This document shows, piece by piece, positions 1 through 9,001 of a stretch of 64,000 bases of DNA. Location: the NCBI GenBank assembly GCA_963774855.1, contig CAVZGT010000011.1, forward strand, positions 34,042-98,041, read 5' to 3'. This DNA comes from an uncultured Acidobacteriota bacterium. GTDB taxonomy: Bacteria; Acidobacteriota; Vicinamibacteria; Vicinamibacterales; 2-12-FULL-66-21. Each line of letters starts with the position of its first letter. The first letter of the stretch is position 1. The notes beneath the pieces were generated by a model. The model saw only the letters and a list, made by a program, of their open reading frames with translations. It searched no databases and was not told the origin of the DNA. Both the position numbers and the translations under genes were made by a program.

Positions 1-49
1 GGAGAGCATCAGCGCGGCGGCGTATCTGGACATCGCGCACATTGTAAAC

Positions 50-125
50 CGGGGCTCGGGGCTCGGGGCTCGGGACTCGGGGCTCGGGATTCGGGACTCG
101 GGACTCGGGGCTCGGGATTCGGACT
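50..125. repeat. Tandem heptamer array, 10 units of CGGGRYT plus a partial unit
   Basis: Read directly: cggggct x3, cgggact, cggggct, cgggatt, cgggact x2, cggggct, cgggatt, cggact. It lies in the gene-free stretch downstream of the DUF885 stop at 221. Confidence 0.9.
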
Positions 126-140
126 GGCCGTGGGCGAGTG

Positions 141-217
141 GGAAGCGGGAAGCGGGAAGCGGGGAGCGGGAAGCAGGAAGCTGGAAGCTGGAAGCTGGAA
201 GCTGGAAGCTGGAAGCG
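141..217. repeat. Tandem heptamer array, 11 units of GGAAGCK
   Basis: Read directly: ggaagcg x3, gggagcg, ggaagca, ggaagct x5, ggaagcg. It ends 4 nt before the DUF885 stop codon. The same motif family recurs at 23918, 24693 and 53949. Confidence 0.9.
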
Positions 218-220
218 GCT

Positions 221-2026
221 TCACCGCTTACGAACCGACGCGACCCATTCGGCGACGCGCCGCTCGAGGGACGCAAGGGGCACGGCGCCCTGCCCGAGCA
301 CGACGTCGTGGAACGCGCGAACGTCGAACGCCGGTCCGAGCTGGCGCTCGGCGTTCGTTCTCAACTCGCGGATCCTCAGCTGGCCCATCTTGTATCCGAC
401 CGCCTGGCCCGGCCAGACGATGTAGCGGTCGACCTCGACGGTGATGTCCTGGAGCGTCTTCGCGGCGTTGGCCGCGAAGAAGTCGATCGCCTGCTGGCGC
501 GTCCATCCCATCGAGTGCAGTCCGGTGTCGACGACGAGCCGGACCGCGCGCCACATGTCGTACGTGAGCTGTCCGAACTTCGAGTACGGATCCTGGTAGA
601 AGCCCATCTCGTCGCCGAGGCTCTCCGAGTAGAGCGCCCAGCCTTCGACAAACGCCGTGTAGCTCGTGTTCTTGCGGAACTCCGGGAGGCCCTCGAGCTC
701 CTGCGCGAGCGCGATCTGCAGATGATGGCCGGGCACGGCCTCGTGCAGCGTCAACGCCTCCATCTCCCACTTCGGCCTCGCGTCGAGCTTGTACGTGTTC
801 GCGTACATGTTGCCCGGACGGCCGGCAGCGAGTGCCCCGGGCTCGTAATACGCCGTGGTCTGCGACGGCGCCGTCGCGTCCGGCACGCGGGCGATCCCGT
901 ACGGCGTTCGCGGCAGCGTGCCGAACAGGTGCGCGAGCTCCGGGTCGGCGCGCTTGGCCACATCCCGGTAGCCGGACACGAGCGCCGCGGCCTCCGTGTA
1001 GTAGAAAGCCGGATTGGTGCGCAGGAACTGCTTGAAGTCGTCGTAGCTCCCTTTGAAGCCGACCTTCGCGATGATGGCGTCCATCTCGGCGCGGATGCGC
1101 GTCACCTCCGCCAGGCCGATCTCGTGAATCTCCTTCGCCGTCTTCGTCGTCGTCGTGTGCCAGCGCACGTTGTAGGCGTACATCTCCGCCCCGTTCGGGA
1201 GCGCATTCGCGCCGGTCGTCGCGCGGCAGCCGGGCAGGTAGACCTTGACGAGAAACTCGTGGAGCCGTGTGAAGGCCGGCCGCACGCCGTCCGTGTACGC
1301 CGCGACGGCCGCCTTCGTGAGGCGATCGCGATCCGCCGCTGCGATCGCCGCCGGCATCTTCCCGAACGCCTCGAGCAGCGGGCTGGTCCGCGGGTCGGCG
1401 ACAATCTGCGCCGCGACCTGCCCGGGCACGTCCCGAAGCGCGATCTGCGGAGGCGTGAATCCCTGCGCGAGCCCCTGCTTCATGAGCGCGATGGTCTGAT
1501 CGACCAGCGCCGGCGCCGCCCGGAGGCGCGCGACGATGTTCTCGTAGTCGGCGGACGTGGCGGCCGGCATGAGGCTGATGAGGCGCGGGATGTCCTGCTG
1601 GATGCCCTCCATCTGGTTGATCGGCATGCGCAGGTTGTGGGGGATGACGCTTCGCAGGGGCATGGCGTCGTTCGCGAAGTCCAGCCCCTCGACCGCGGTT
1701 GCGATCATGTCGCGGTACAGGTCGTAACTGAGCTGGTCCCCGGCATCGAGACGGCCGCGCTCGATGCCGTCGAGCCGGGGCATGGTGCGGCGCAGATGGT
1801 CATTCCGCGCCTCGATGGCTCCGGGCGAATAGTCGGTCCACTGCCCGTCGTGTCCTCGATAGCCGAAGGCCGTTGCCGATTCCGGGTACTGACCCATCCA
1901 GAACTTCCAGTCGTCCTCGAGCAGCGCGCGGAAACGGCCGGCCGGTGATGACGCGGTCTGCGCCAGCGCGGAGGCCGCCAGCGCGAGCAAGGCAATCGAC
2001 AGCAGGGCCGGAACGTGGACTCGCAT
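221..2026 (-). CDS. DUF885 family protein, secreted
   Basis: ORF 221..2248 carries the HEAVPGHHLQ motif and DUF885-like sequence throughout. I moved the start to the ATG at 2026, which gives the signal peptide MRVHVPALLSIALLALAASALAQ. The 74 upstream codons run through a simple repeat and look non-coding. Confidence 0.85.
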   Translation of the reverse strand: MRVHVPALLSIALLALAASALAQTASSPAGRFRALLEDDWKFWMGQYPESATAFGYRGHDGQWTDYSPGAIEARNDHLRRTMPRLDGIERGRLDAGDQLSYDLYRDMIATAVEGLDFANDAMPLRSVIPHNLRMPINQMEGIQQDIPRLISLMPAATSADYENIVARLRAAPALVDQTIALMKQGLAQGFTPPQIALRDVPGQVAAQIVADPRTSPLLEAFGKMPAAIAAADRDRLTKAAVAAYTDGVRPAFTRLHEFLVKVYLPGCRATTGANALPNGAEMYAYNVRWHTTTTKTAKEIHEIGLAEVTRIRAEMDAIIAKVGFKGSYDDFKQFLRTNPAFYYTEAAALVSGYRDVAKRADPELAHLFGTLPRTPYGIARVPDATAPSQTTAYYEPGALAAGRPGNMYANTYKLDARPKWEMEALTLHEAVPGHHLQIALAQELEGLPEFRKNTSYTAFVEGWALYSESLGDEMGFYQDPYSKFGQLTYDMWRAVRLVVDTGLHSMGWTRQQAIDFFAANAAKTLQDITVEVDRYIVWPGQAVGYKMGQLRIRELRTNAERQLGPAFDVRAFHDVVLGQGAVPLASLERRVAEWVASVRKR

Positions 2027-2148
2027 ACCCCGGGATCCTACGCGAATCCCCGGGCTGACGGGAACGCGCGGGCTGTATACTCGTGCTTGCCACGCCTGGA
2101 GCCTGACAACCTTCGATCCCGCGCTCGAGTCCCGTTCGGTCCGGTCAG

Positions 2149-2213
2149 AAGACCAGAGACCTGAGACCTGAGACCTGAGACACCAGAGACCTGAGACCAG
2201 AGACCGGAGACGA
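2149..2213. repeat. GAGACCT-type heptamer array (about 8 units) abutting the VWA gene start
   Basis: Units gagacct at 2156, 2163, 2170 and 2186, with variants gagacac, gagacca, gagaccg and gagacga. The array ends 3 nt before the ATG at 2217. Confidence 0.85.
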
Positions 2214-2216
2214 CGA

Positions 2217-4232
2217 ATGACCTCCATGACTCGCGTCCTTGGCGCCATGTGCGTGGCTGCCGCGCTCGTCGCGTCCCTCTCGGGCCAGTCGCAGCCGGCG
2301 AAGCCCGAGCAGCCGCCGGCCCAGCCGCAAGACGCGAAGCCGCAGCCGCCGCCGCCGGTCTTCCGATCCGGTGCGCATTACGTCCGCGTGGATGCCTATC
2401 CCGCTCGTGACGGCCGTCCGATCCTGGGGCTCACGACCACCGACTTCGATCTGCTCGAGGACGGGAAGGCCCAGACGATCGAAGCGGTCGATTTCATCGA
2501 CCATCCCGCCTGGACGCCGCTTGGCGAGCGCCGCGATCCGAACTCGCAGCGTGACGGGTTCGAGCTCGCGAAGGACCCGAGCTACCGCGTCTTCGTGTTG
2601 TACCTGGATGCGTTCCACGTCGACGTCGCCGGGTCCCACAGGCTGCGTGTCCCACTCGGAGAGCTGCTCGACCGGATGCTGGGGCCGAAGGACCTCTTCG
2701 GGGTGCTGACGCCGGCGCAGTCGGCGAAGGACCTGCTCCTCGGCCAGCTCACCCAGAGCATCAACGAACAGCTCGCCAAGCACTGGACCTGGGGGCTCGC
2801 CGACAGCCTGCGGCCGATGCCGGGGGAAATGGATCTGGAGATGGCGTTCCCCGACGGCAAGCGGATCGTCGCGCTCCAGCGCCTCGACAAGGTCTATGCC
2901 GACCTCGAGGGGCTCGTCGCCATGCTCGGCGACCTTCGAGAGGAGCGCAAGAACATCGTCTTTTTTTCCGATTCGCTGCCATCGCCATCCAACCGTCAAC
3001 GCGGCAGCGATCCGGTCCGCCAGGACCCTCCGTCGGTCGGCGTGACACAGGAAGGCAAGATCACGATGGGCAGCCGGAACGGCGAACCGGATCGGATGGG
3101 CCTGCAGGCGGAACGCATGCGGCTGCTGGCGATCGAATTCGATCAACGGTTCCGCGACCTCCTTCGCCTCGCGCGTGAGGCGAACGTCTCCTTCTACACC
3201 GTCAGGCCCGGCGGCCTCAGCGTCAACTCCAGCATGATGCGCGAGGACATCTCGAATCTGCAGGTCCTTGCCGAGCAGACCGACGGCCTCCCGGTCCTTC
3301 AGGACAACGATCTGCGGGCCGGCCTCGGCAAGGTTGCCGAGGATCTGTCGTCGCACTACGTGCTGGGCTACTACACGAACAACACGCGCTGGGATGGCCG
3401 GCCGCGAAAGCTGACGGTGCGCCTGAAGTCGACCGGGCAGACGATTCGCTCACGGCGCGAGTACCGCGCCCCGACCGAGGCGGAAATGACGGGTCTCCGC
3501 GACGCGCGCGCAGCGGCTTCGAGCGCCGCCGCCGGCCCCTCGTCGACCGCCACGGCGCTGAGCGCGTTGTCGCGGATCAGTCCCCAGACCCGCCTGTTCA
3601 CGTACGGCGCGCACGTCGCCGCGGCCGAAGTGGCGGTCGTCGCCGAGATTGCGGCGACGGAGATCGAAGCCGGACGCTGGAAGCAAGGGGCGGACGTGCA
3701 GATCACGCTGACTCCGAAAGGCGGCCAGGCGATCGCGGCGGCCGGCCGCATCGAAGCGGGCGCGCGCGGCACGATGGTGCGCGTGCCCGTGGCCGCGGAC
3801 GGCGGTCCGTGGCAGGCGGTCGTCCGGCTCCGGGGCGAGGACAACGCCACCGAGTCCGGCACCCTGTCGATCGAGCGGGCCGGCGGCGCGCTCCTCGGCC
3901 GGCCGATTGTGTACCGCGCCGCCTCTCCGGCCGCGGCCGCGCTTCGCCCGGCCGCGGCGTTCTCGTTCCGGCGCACCGAGCGCCTGCGCGTCGAGTGGCC
4001 GCTGCTCCAGGCCGTCGCCTCCTCGCAGGCGCGGCTCCTCGACCGCAACGGGAAGCCGGTCGCGCTGCCGATGACGATCTCGACGCGCGAGGCCGGCGGC
4101 TCGACGTCGCTCACCACCGATCTGAACATGGCGCCGCTCGGCGCCGGCGATTACCTGATCGAGATCGCGGTGAAGGCCGGGGAGACGACGGAGCAGCAGC
4201 TGGTCGCGATCCGCGTGTCCATGGCACGGTGA
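2217..4232 (+). CDS. VWFA-related acidobacterial-domain protein (secreted)
   Basis: Intact 671-aa ORF with signal peptide MTSMTRVLGAMCVAAALVASLSG. The N-terminal block FRSGAHYVRVDAY...TTTDFDLLEDGKAQ is typical of the TIGR03436-like family. This is family recall, not a search. Confidence 0.8.
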   Translation: MTSMTRVLGAMCVAAALVASLSGQSQPAKPEQPPAQPQDAKPQPPPPVFRSGAHYVRVDAYPARDGRPILGLTTTDFDLLEDGKAQTIEAVDFIDHPAWTPLGERRDPNSQRDGFELAKDPSYRVFVLYLDAFHVDVAGSHRLRVPLGELLDRMLGPKDLFGVLTPAQSAKDLLLGQLTQSINEQLAKHWTWGLADSLRPMPGEMDLEMAFPDGKRIVALQRLDKVYADLEGLVAMLGDLREERKNIVFFSDSLPSPSNRQRGSDPVRQDPPSVGVTQEGKITMGSRNGEPDRMGLQAERMRLLAIEFDQRFRDLLRLAREANVSFYTVRPGGLSVNSSMMREDISNLQVLAEQTDGLPVLQDNDLRAGLGKVAEDLSSHYVLGYYTNNTRWDGRPRKLTVRLKSTGQTIRSRREYRAPTEAEMTGLRDARAAASSAAAGPSSTATALSALSRISPQTRLFTYGAHVAAAEVAVVAEIAATEIEAGRWKQGADVQITLTPKGGQAIAAAGRIEAGARGTMVRVPVAADGGPWQAVVRLRGEDNATESGTLSIERAGGALLGRPIVYRAASPAAAALRPAAAFSFRRTERLRVEWPLLQAVASSQARLLDRNGKPVALPMTISTREAGGSTSLTTDLNMAPLGAGDYLIEIAVKAGETTEQQLVAIRVSMAR

Positions 4233-4257
4233 CAGCGGAGATCAAGAGAAGAGCTGA

Positions 4258-4329
4258 AACAGGAGGTCAGGAGATCAAGAGAAAAACAAAGACAAGACTC
4301 TTGAACTCCTGATCTCCTGATCTCCTGTT
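4258..4329. terminator. Long imperfect hairpin (AACAGGAG...CTCCTGTT stem, A-rich loop) between convergent genes
   Basis: The left arm aacaggaggtcaggagatcaagag (4258-4281) pairs imperfectly with ctcttgaactcctgatctcctgatctcctgtt (4298-4329). It sits between the VWA stop (4232) and the S8 stop (4329). Confidence 0.5.
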
Positions 4330-5951
4330 TATCGTTTCTTGCTCGACCGGCGCCGATACGATTTGGCGGCGGCGACGGCGGCGGCCGCATTCACGCGCCC
4401 ATAGCCGTAGCGGATGCTGTAGTTCTCCCGGTAGTTCCCTGCCGCGGCGTCGATCCGGTCCGCCGTGGATTTCATCAGATCGCCCACCTCGTTCCAGCGG
4501 AGCGACGGGTTCACCGAGAGCATGAGCGCCGCGATCCCGGCGGCAAGCGGCGTCGCCGACGAAGTCCCGCCGAAATCGTCGCAGTAGGCGCTGCCCGGCG
4601 CGTATCCCTTCGTGCGGAAATGGACGTCCGTCGTCGTGATCCCCTGCCGGCGCGCATCGTCGCTCGGCGCGACGAACGCAATCCCGCGCCCGTAGTTGCT
4701 GTAGCCCGCCCGGCGGCCGCGGTCGTTCGATGCGCCGACGGCGAAGACGTGCTCGTCACTCGACGGAAAGCCGATGTGGTTCGCGGAATCGTTGCCCGTT
4801 GCCGCGAACACCGGCGCGCCCCGGCCGCGGCGGCCGCGGCTGGTCGCGTCCGCAAGCGCGCTCTCGACGTCGGGGTGACGCGCGACGCCCCAGCTGCACG
4901 AGAGGACGTCGGCGTGCCGGGCGGCGTACCGGATCGCATCGGCAATGCGATCGTAGGGAGCGAGCGCCGGCCCGGCGAGGATCTTCACCGACATCAGCTT
5001 GCAGCCCCACGCGACGCCGGCAACGCCCTGGCGATTGTTGCCCGCTGCCGCCGCGACCCCCGCGCACGGGGTACCGTGGATATCGTTCGACTCCGTGTCG
5101 TCGAACGGCGCATTGAAGACCTTGGGGCGCGGGTTCCATCGATCGGTGTCGTCGACGAAGTCCCGCCCGTGGCGATCCTTCGCGCCGCGGCGCGGGTTGA
5201 TCCAGATGTTCGGCGCCAGGTCCGGATGATCGAGATCCACGCCGTCGTCGATGATGGCGATGACGGTGCGGGGCACGCCTCCGCCCGCGATCGTCCACGC
5301 GCCGGTCGCGTCCACGTCCTCGTGAGCCGTCCCGCCGCGCCGGCCGGTGTTCCGCAGGTGCCATTGACTCCCGAAGCGCGGGTCGTTCATCTGCGGCTTG
5401 GTCACCTCCGCGAGGAAGTTCGGCGCCGCGAACTCCACCACATCGTCCGCCTCGGCGAGCTGGTTGGCGAGGTCGAGGGCGCGGGACGCGCGCCGCACCG
5501 AGACCGTCGTCACGATTTGACGCGTCGGGTCGAACTCGCTCGCCCGGACGACGGCCAGCCCGAGCGACTCGAGGAGCCTGCGCCGCCCGCTTGCCGTTGC
5601 TCGCGGCCTGAACTTGACGAGGATTTGCTCGGTCGCGACGATCTTGAGCCCGGACTCGCGTTCGAAGAAGACCGGCATGGTCCGGGCGACCCGCGTCGCC
5701 ATCCGGGCGGGCATCGCGTTGACGACCGCGGACACGGGGGCGGCGGCCGCGCCGGTGTCGTGCATGAGCATGAAGCGGCCGAACCGCCGCACGGGCGGTG
5801 CTCCGGTGCCGGCCGGCGCGTCCATCATCATCGCCCGGGACGCGAGGCGCGCCGATTCCGGTCCGTCCGCGTTGGCGAACCGCACGCCGATGTCGTCCGG
5901 CGCCTCGTCCAGCTCGATTCGCGTCCCTGACTTTGCGTAGTAGTGCGGCAT
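4329..5951 (-). CDS. S8 family serine peptidase (subtilase) with long N-terminal prodomain-like region
   Basis: Catalytic triad contexts: IAIIDDGVDLDHPDL (Asp), HGTPCAGVAAA (His), GGTSSATPLAAG (Ser). The 540-aa ORF is intact. Confidence 0.9.
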   Translation of the reverse strand: MPHYYAKSGTRIELDEAPDDIGVRFANADGPESARLASRAMMMDAPAGTGAPPVRRFGRFMLMHDTGAAAAPVSAVVNAMPARMATRVARTMPVFFERESGLKIVATEQILVKFRPRATASGRRRLLESLGLAVVRASEFDPTRQIVTTVSVRRASRALDLANQLAEADDVVEFAAPNFLAEVTKPQMNDPRFGSQWHLRNTGRRGGTAHEDVDATGAWTIAGGGVPRTVIAIIDDGVDLDHPDLAPNIWINPRRGAKDRHGRDFVDDTDRWNPRPKVFNAPFDDTESNDIHGTPCAGVAAAAGNNRQGVAGVAWGCKLMSVKILAGPALAPYDRIADAIRYAARHADVLSCSWGVARHPDVESALADATSRGRRGRGAPVFAATGNDSANHIGFPSSDEHVFAVGASNDRGRRAGYSNYGRGIAFVAPSDDARRQGITTTDVHFRTKGYAPGSAYCDDFGGTSSATPLAAGIAALMLSVNPSLRWNEVGDLMKSTADRIDAAAGNYRENYSIRYGYGRVNAAAAVAAAKSYRRRSSKKR

Positions 5952-5954
5952 CCT

Positions 5955-6508
5955 CTAGCTCCGGGACCACTTCCTGAGGCCGGTGATGAAGTTCGGGGTG
6001 GCGAATTCGACGTCGCTGCGGCTGTCGAGCGAACGCGCGATCTCGCGCGCACGGTACCGGACGGGTCCGGCACGGTTACGACGTACTGGCCGGGTTCGAA
6101 CTCGTTGCGGCGCTCGACTCGGACGCCGTGGTCCGCTTTCAGCGATGCCAGCGTTTGCCTGGCGGGTGCGCCCGATTTGAGCCGTATGGTGATCTCGCCC
6201 GTCAGGATCCGCCGCGTGTTGCTTTGCCGATCCAGCAACACGGGCGTGGCGAATTCCACCAGCCCGTCCTTCTCGAGGGCCTTGACGGCGGAGCGCACCT
6301 CGGCAGCCGATACCGACGGACTGCGGTGGAGGATCAGGATGCTGCCCGCCGGATACGATTCGACGGTGCCGAGCGCCGCAAGCGCCGCTCGCACTTTGCG
6401 CGCCGCACCTGAACAATACCGCAGCGCAATCTGCGCGGCCGCGGCCGGCCCCTTCCTGCGCGAGGTTGTCGCACGCGTGCGGCGCGGTGGCGGAGACGGC
6501 GTGGGCAT
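5955..6508 (-). pseudogene. Stand-alone paralog of the S8 peptidase N-terminal (prodomain-like) region, frame-disrupted
   Basis: ORF 5828..6508 reads ...EFEPGQYVVTVPDPSGTVRA and then turns Arg/Ser-rich. A second frame (tail of ORF 5955..6869) continues REIARSLDSRSDVEFATPNFITGL and stops at 5955. This parallels the downstream protease (EFDPTRQIVTTVSVRRASRALDLANQLAEADDVVEFAAPNFLAEV). The break lies in the CGCGCGC run near 6042-6052. Confidence 0.6.
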
Positions 6509-6737
6509 GGTCTGCGGTTCGGGGATTATAGTCTGGGCGCTGATCGCTGGTGGTTGGTCTCAGGTCTCTGGTCTTCCGTGTATTGTCTCGATCCCGAGAC
6601 CCCCGCCTCCGCGCGTCCGGTCTCAGCGCGCTTGGGCGGGCCACGCCATAGCTTGTCGCTCGTGCCTTTATCGCGCGACAAGCGACGGCGGGCGAGACCG
6701 ACGGGGAAGATGGCATAATCCTCTTGGAGAAACACCA

Positions 6738-8891
6738 ATGCAGATTCAGACACGTATAACGCGGATGACGGTGGCCATCTGTGCGGCGCTCATCGCGTCC
6801 GCGTCTGTCCTCGCCCAGCAGCTTCCGTATCCGGCGACGCGAAAGATTGACCACGTGGACACCTACCACGGCGTCAAGGTGCCGGACCCCTACCGCTGGC
6901 TCGAAGACGACAACTCGCTCGAAACGGCCGCGTGGGTCGAGGCGCAGAACAAGGTGACGTTCCCGTATCTCGAGAAGATCCCGTACCGCGCGCAGCTCCA
7001 GGCGCGCGTGAAGAAGCTGAACGAATACGAGAAGTACTCGACGCCGTTCCGCAAGGGGCCCTATGTCTTTTTCAGGAAGAACGCGGGTCTGCAGAACCAG
7101 AGCGTCCTCTATATCCAGAAAGGCCAGGACGGCGTTCCCGAAGTCCTGATCGATCCGAACACCTTGTCAGAGGATGGCACCGTGCAGCTGGGCGTGTTCG
7201 CGCCGTCCAAGGATGCGAAGTACGCGGTCTACGGGATCTCCCGCAGCGGCTCGGACTGGCAGGAATACAAGGTGATGGAGCTCGCGACGAGGAAGACGCT
7301 GGCCGACAGCCTCGAATGGGTGAAGGTGTCGGGCGTCGCGTGGCAGGCAGACGGCTTCTACTACAGCCGGTACCCGGCGCCCGAGAAGGGGCAGGAGAAG
7401 GCCTCCATCAACGAGAACCACCAGGTCTACTTTCACCGCGTCGGCACGCCGCAGTCCGCCGACGTCGTGGTCTACTCGGACGCCGCGAACCTCCAGCGCT
7501 TTCACATCGTCGAGACCACCGAAGACGAGCGGTTCGCGCTGCTGTCGATCATGGACCGGGCGAAGGGCAAGGAAGGCAATTCGCTGTTCGTCCGCGATCT
7601 GTCGAAGGGGGAGCGTGAGTTCGCGCCGGTCATCGCCACGATCGGCGACGAGAGCTTCAGTGTCGTGGACAACGTCGGTGACAAGCTGCTGATCGAGACG
7701 AACCACAAGGCGCCGAACTCACGGGTCATTCTGGTGGATCCCAGACGGCCCGGGGAGGCGAACTGGAAGACCGTGCTGCCCGAGCGGCCCGAGCCGATTC
7801 AGGGAGTCACCACGGCCGGCGGCAAGCTGTTCGTCACGTATCTCAAGGACGTGACGACGCGGGCGGAGGTCCACAAACTCGACGGCAAGCTCGAGCAGAC
7901 CGTGACGTTGCCCGGTACGGGTCTCGCCAGCGGGTTCGGCGGTCAGCGCGACGACACGTTCGTGTACTACGTCTTCAACTCGTTGAGCGTGCCGCCGACG
8001 ATTTACCGGTACGACATCGCCACGCGCGCGAGCACGTTGTTCCGCGAGGCCAAGGTTCCCGGCTACAACGCGGACGCCTTCGAGACCAAACAGGTCTTCT
8101 ACCCGAGCAAGGATGGGACGCGCATCCCGATGTTCCTCGTCTATCGCAAGGGGCTGAAGCTCGATGGGACGAACCCGACGCTGCTGTATGCATACGGCGG
8201 ATTCAACGTCGTGCAGGCGCCGACGTTCAGCGCCGCGCGCCTCGCGCTCCTCGAGCAGGGCGTCGTCTACGCCTCCGCGAACCTGCGCGGCGGCGGCGAG
8301 TACGGGGAGAAATGGCACCGGGCGGGGACGAAGCTCAAGAAGCAGAACGTGTTCGATGATTTCATCGCGGCGGCCGAGTGGCTGATCGCCAACAAGTACA
8401 CGTCAACGGCGAAGCTGGCCATCCAGGGGGGATCGAACGGCGGGCTGCTCGTGGGCGCCGTGATCAACCAGCGGCCGGACCTCTACAGGGTCGCGATTCC
8501 GCAGGTCGGCGTCATGGACATGCTGCGGTTCAACAAATTCACGATCGGCCACAATTGGGTGGCGGACTACGGATCGAGCGACGATGCGGATGAGTTCGCT
8601 GCTCTCTACGCGTACTCACCACTCCACAACATCAAGGCGGGCACGAAATACCCGGCGACGCTCATCACGACGGCGGATCACGACGACCGGGTCGTGCCGG
8701 CGCATTCGTTCAAGTACACCGCCACCCTGCAGGAGCGTGCGAGCCCCGATAACCCGGCCCTCATCCGGATCGACACGAAATCCGGCCACGGCGGGAGCAG
8801 CCTGAGCAAGCAGCTCGAGACGGCGGCCGACATTTACACCTTCATCCTGTTCAACCTGGGAGTTACCCCCGGTCAGGTGGGCAGCGAGTGA
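6738..8891 (+). CDS. Prolyl oligopeptidase (S9A family)
   Basis: In-frame ATG at 6738 gives signal peptide MQIQTRITRMTVAICAALIASASVLAQ. It carries the PDPYRWLEDDNS motif and the GGSNGGLLVGAV nucleophile elbow. The 265 upstream codons of ORF 5943..8891 overlap other genes and look spurious. Confidence 0.9.
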   Translation: MQIQTRITRMTVAICAALIASASVLAQQLPYPATRKIDHVDTYHGVKVPDPYRWLEDDNSLETAAWVEAQNKVTFPYLEKIPYRAQLQARVKKLNEYEKYSTPFRKGPYVFFRKNAGLQNQSVLYIQKGQDGVPEVLIDPNTLSEDGTVQLGVFAPSKDAKYAVYGISRSGSDWQEYKVMELATRKTLADSLEWVKVSGVAWQADGFYYSRYPAPEKGQEKASINENHQVYFHRVGTPQSADVVVYSDAANLQRFHIVETTEDERFALLSIMDRAKGKEGNSLFVRDLSKGEREFAPVIATIGDESFSVVDNVGDKLLIETNHKAPNSRVILVDPRRPGEANWKTVLPERPEPIQGVTTAGGKLFVTYLKDVTTRAEVHKLDGKLEQTVTLPGTGLASGFGGQRDDTFVYYVFNSLSVPPTIYRYDIATRASTLFREAKVPGYNADAFETKQVFYPSKDGTRIPMFLVYRKGLKLDGTNPTLLYAYGGFNVVQAPTFSAARLALLEQGVVYASANLRGGGEYGEKWHRAGTKLKKQNVFDDFIAAAEWLIANKYTSTAKLAIQGGSNGGLLVGAVINQRPDLYRVAIPQVGVMDMLRFNKFTIGHNWVADYGSSDDADEFAALYAYSPLHNIKAGTKYPATLITTADHDDRVVPAHSFKYTATLQERASPDNPALIRIDTKSGHGGSSLSKQLETAADIYTFILFNLGVTPGQVGSE

Positions 8892-9001
8892 GACATTAAT
8901 GTCGGGCATGTGACCCCAAGTTGCGAATCTTGTAGGGTCTGGCGCCGGCCGTTCGGCCTGCGGGCCGCTTTCGCGGGGCAGGCCGAAGGCGGACGGCCGA
9001 T

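Noticed and set aside
9-224. ORFs 9..224(-), 130..444(+) and 138..425(+), which translate the heptamer arrays (for example LEAGSWKLEAGS).
   Set aside because: They are pure translations of simple-sequence repeats, with no start context, and they overlap the DUF885 gene end.
308-1948. Long antisense or overlapping ORFs throughout the window. Examples: 308..1948(+), 2145..3356(-), 4620..5930(+), 4756..5970(-), 9969..11531(+), 11191..13044(+).
   Set aside because: Each lies fully inside a gene with clear family motifs on the other strand or frame. Their translations are Arg/Ala/Gly/Pro-rich, as expected for out-of-frame reading of GC-rich coding DNA. No motifs were recognised.
5943-6737. N-terminal 265 codons of ORF 5943..8891.
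   Set aside because: They overlap the prodomain gene and the divergent promoter region. The prolyl oligopeptidase signal peptide begins at the internal ATG at 6738.
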